Source: Balanoglossus misakiensis (Eukaryota; Animalia; Hemichordata). From it: 64,000 nucleotides of DNA. The translations under genes and the position numbers were made by a program. How positions within the stretch are numbered: position 1 is the first letter of the stretch; every line of letters starts with the position of its first letter. The stretch covers positions 8,664,844-8,728,843 of the forward strand of contig CM082588.2 in the NCBI GenBank assembly GCA_040954595.2, given 5' to 3'. Below, piece after piece: positions 62,826 through 64,000 of the stretch. The notes below the pieces were generated by a model that was not told the origin of the DNA, searched no databases, and worked only from the letters and a program-made list of their open reading frames with translations.

Positions 62826-63977
62826 CTTTAGACCGGATATAACCTCAATCTTCAAATGGGCCCTAAAACCAGGGGGGGGGGGGCGTTTGCCCGCGCAGGG
62901 GCTCTTACCCAGGCAAGTACGGTATACCCGATACTCTTGTCAACATAGCCTGTATGTTTGTGTTACGGCCTTTGTTATTGTTGACAAATGAATTCTGGTC
63001 CGGACTTGAATTCAAGTTGTTTGTATCAGAGTGAGTGTTGTTTTAAAGGGATAAAGTCTCTCTCTCGCTGCCCTTTTTCTGTTAATTATGTTTGATACAA
63101 GACACCATTTATGTTGTTCTACATGTGGATATACAGTGAACAAACGTTTGACCACACACAACTTCCATCCCGTTTGTAGGATATGAGAGTAAAAATCTCA
63201 CCAAATTGAATAAATGGTAAACACCGATTATTCATTTTGGCGAGTTTTTCACTCTCTTGTCTACATGGAAGGTGTGTGTGGTTGGACGTTAATTCACTAT
63301 ATATCGACATGTAGAATAACATAATTAACGGAAAAGGGGCAGCAAGAGAGACTTTGTCTCATTAATGGTTCTTTGTTTCTTTTAACAGACTCACTTTTTT
63401 CCTTGGAGAGGAATTTTGTCACAAGATTCCGATGTCTGCTGGACAACTCATCAGGATTTTTGGTAATTATGCTCTTGATAACAATTATTCCACCACCTCA
63501 TTTCCACTACATGTAGCATCAAGAATTCTGGCTGCCTTAAATAGGTTTTCACTTTGTGCTAGGGGGTCAAATCACATTGCAATTTGCATCCTGGGCAAAA
63601 ACTCAACAACCCACTGTTCAATAATAATATTGAATGACATTTTTCCATCTTATCCTTGTTGATAAGCAACGTAAAATTCCTTGAAAATCCTGAAACTCGA
63701 GAAAGACTTAGCAACATAGTGTCTATCAATCAAGAAGTCTCTCACACCATTCACAATCTTTACAGGCTTTACATTTCACTGGTCGACTCAAAGTTCTGTA
63801 CGGTCAGAAGAGACGACATGAAGAGACAGGTGTCATCATTGAAGATCACACACCAGTCGGTCTCTTCGCATTAGCGTGTCCACTACAACCTCCATCAATT
63901 ATTGAAATTCATACAAGGAATATCATATTTCGTACAAAACACAAACTGGACTTCAAACCCATTTCCATCGACCCAAG
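28441..63977 (+). CDS. AHR: Aryl hydrocarbon receptor (bHLH-PAS), exons 1-7; the 3' part lies beyond the window
   Basis: Exons 28441-28478 ([13 protein letters not shown]), 28826-29016 (bHLH: [46 protein letters not shown]), 59951-60081 (..EGERDMLLQ), 60753-60842 ([30 protein letters not shown]), 61676-61826 ([24 protein letters not shown]..), 63389-63462 ([19 protein letters not shown]), 63766-63977 ([29 protein letters not shown]). All are GT-AG with phases 2,1,0,0,1,0,2. The start of PAS-B is present, which favours AHR over AHRR. Confidence 0.96.
28491..28725. promoter_or_regulatory. Cluster of XRE/AHRE-type motifs (GCGTG) in AHR intron 1
   Basis: GAGCGTG at 28491, TCGCGTG at 28580, CACGCTA at 28702 (TAGCGTG on the - strand) and TAGCGTG at 28719. 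Function is inferred from motif match only. Confidence 0.4.
28826..29016 (+). CDS. AHR: AHR exon 2 (bHLH domain)
   Basis: caacag|AATCCC...CAAA|gtaagt, encoding [27 protein letters not shown]. Confidence 0.96.
29807..29862. repeat. (GA)n microsatellite
   Basis: Perfect dinucleotide run. Confidence 0.95.
31041..31260. mobile_element. Family A MITE, truncated
   Basis: Left end ttaa|agggacaaaatctc plus the internal core; the right arm is missing. Confidence 0.8.
32686..32950. repeat. Compound tetranucleotide microsatellite (TCTG/TCTA/TCCA)
   Basis: Interleaved imperfect tetramer runs. Confidence 0.9.
33390..33597. mobile_element. Tc1/mariner-type MITE (TA target, CTGTA termini)
   Basis: ta|ctgtaaaacatgttattttc ... 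gaaaataacatgttttacag|ta. A second, inverted copy is at 46139-46353. Confidence 0.8.
33907..34227. mobile_element. Harbinger-like MITE nested in a TTAA-type element (about 33818-34410)
   Basis: tta|ggccaaaaaaataatatgtgctgttccgattac ... gtaatcggaacagcacatacatttttattttggcc|tta. A related fragment is at about 39720-39795. Confidence 0.8.
42346..42688. mobile_element. Family B Kolobok-like MITE
   Basis: ttaa|agcctctagagctgcc ... ggcagctctagagcct|ttaa. Confidence 0.8.
44718..44932. mobile_element. Family A MITE, truncated
   Basis: Internal core plus the right end gactttgtccct|ttaa. Confidence 0.8.
46139..46353. mobile_element. Tc1/mariner-type MITE, second copy of the 33390 family
   Basis: ta|ctgtaaaacgggttattttc ... 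aaataacccgtttcacag|ta. Confidence 0.8.
48996..49235. mobile_element. TTAA-flanked Kolobok-like MITE (family G)
   Basis: ttaa|agggaaggggtcg ... atgaccccttcact|ttaa. A second copy is at about 46521-46740. Confidence 0.75.
50145..50295. mobile_element. pogo/Tigger-like MITE
   Basis: ta|cagtaaaacctgtct ... agataggttttactg|ta. A related partial copy ends at about 47544. Confidence 0.75.
51179..51689. mobile_element. Family C Kolobok-like MITE, longer copy
   Basis: ttaa|aggcacgtaagctgcaact ... agttacagcttacgtgcct|ttaa. Confidence 0.8.
54025..54240. repeat. (TACA)n microsatellite grading into (TGCA)n
   Basis: Long perfect tetramer run; it explains the overlapping YIHT/MYVC ORFs. Confidence 0.95.
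55918..56230. mobile_element. Family A Kolobok-like MITE
   Basis: TTAA-flanked AGGG...CCCT palindrome. Truncated copies also lie at about 53035-53142 and 56621-56855. Confidence 0.85.
58913..59061. repeat. Imperfect hairpin of about 150 bp, part of a probable non-autonomous element at about 58640-59070
   Basis: ccaaggacctgggatcatatttctcacac ... gtgtgagaaatatgatcccaggtccttgg, with a smaller ttctcacactcc...ggagtgtgagaa hairpin near 58650. Confidence 0.8.
59580..59807. mobile_element. hAT-like MITE
   Basis: 8-bp target duplication catggatg (59572-59579 and 59808-59815), with TIRs cagtgtttcatc / gatgaaacacca. Confidence 0.75.
59951..63977 (+). CDS. AHR: AHR exons 3-7 (PAS-A and start of PAS-B)
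   Basis: Exons 59951-60081, 60753-60842, 61676-61826, 63389-63462 and 63766-63977, with AHR-diagnostic peptides [23 protein letters not shown] and FRTKHKLDF. Confidence 0.95.
60113..60416. mobile_element. Family A Kolobok-like MITE
   Basis: TTAA-flanked AGGG...CCCT, about 30 nt downstream of AHR exon 3. Confidence 0.85.
61995..62922. mobile_element. Tc1/mariner (Tc2/pogo-like) non-autonomous element nested in a TTAA-type element starting at about 61896
   Basis: ta|ccgtacttgctcgggtaagagcccc ... ggggctcttacccaggcaagtacgg|ta. Confidence 0.8.
63043..63365. mobile_element. Family A Kolobok-like MITE
   Basis: ttaa|agggataaagtctc ... gagactttgtctca|ttaa, ending about 23 nt before the AHR exon 6 acceptor. 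Confidence 0.8.
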
Positions 63978-64000
63978 GTAATTTCTTTTTTTTGTTAAAA

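Overview
This is AT-rich (roughly 35-38% GC, estimated by eye), spliced eukaryotic DNA. Gene sequences and repeat content suggest a marine invertebrate deuterostome (hemichordate- or echinoderm-like; inferred, not proven). I assembled three genes by hand with consistent GT-AG splice phases. (1) A + strand PIDD-like ZU5-ZU5-UPA-death domain gene (297-6626, about 665 aa). (2) A complete - strand katanin p60 gene (9788-16841, 511 aa). (3) The 5' part of a + strand aryl hydrocarbon receptor gene (AHR; exons 1-7, 28441-63977, running off the window) with a 31-kb intron 2. The standout observation is in katanin. The 159-nt exon encoding Walker A and pore loop 1 is present as two intact tandem copies only 38 nt apart. 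They are saturated at synonymous sites but differ at just 4 of 53 residues, three of them at the tubulin-gripping pore loop (LTSKWRG vs LSSKYHG). This is the signature of ancient mutually exclusive exons that switch pore-loop chemistry. Other points of interest are a His-Phe-Cys variant of the ZU5 autoproteolysis motif, a divergent non-coding exon sharing the katanin promoter, and a cluster of XRE-type motifs in AHR intron 1. Non-autonomous DNA transposons (Kolobok-, Harbinger-, Tc1/mariner-, hAT- and piggyBac-like) are dense and often nested.
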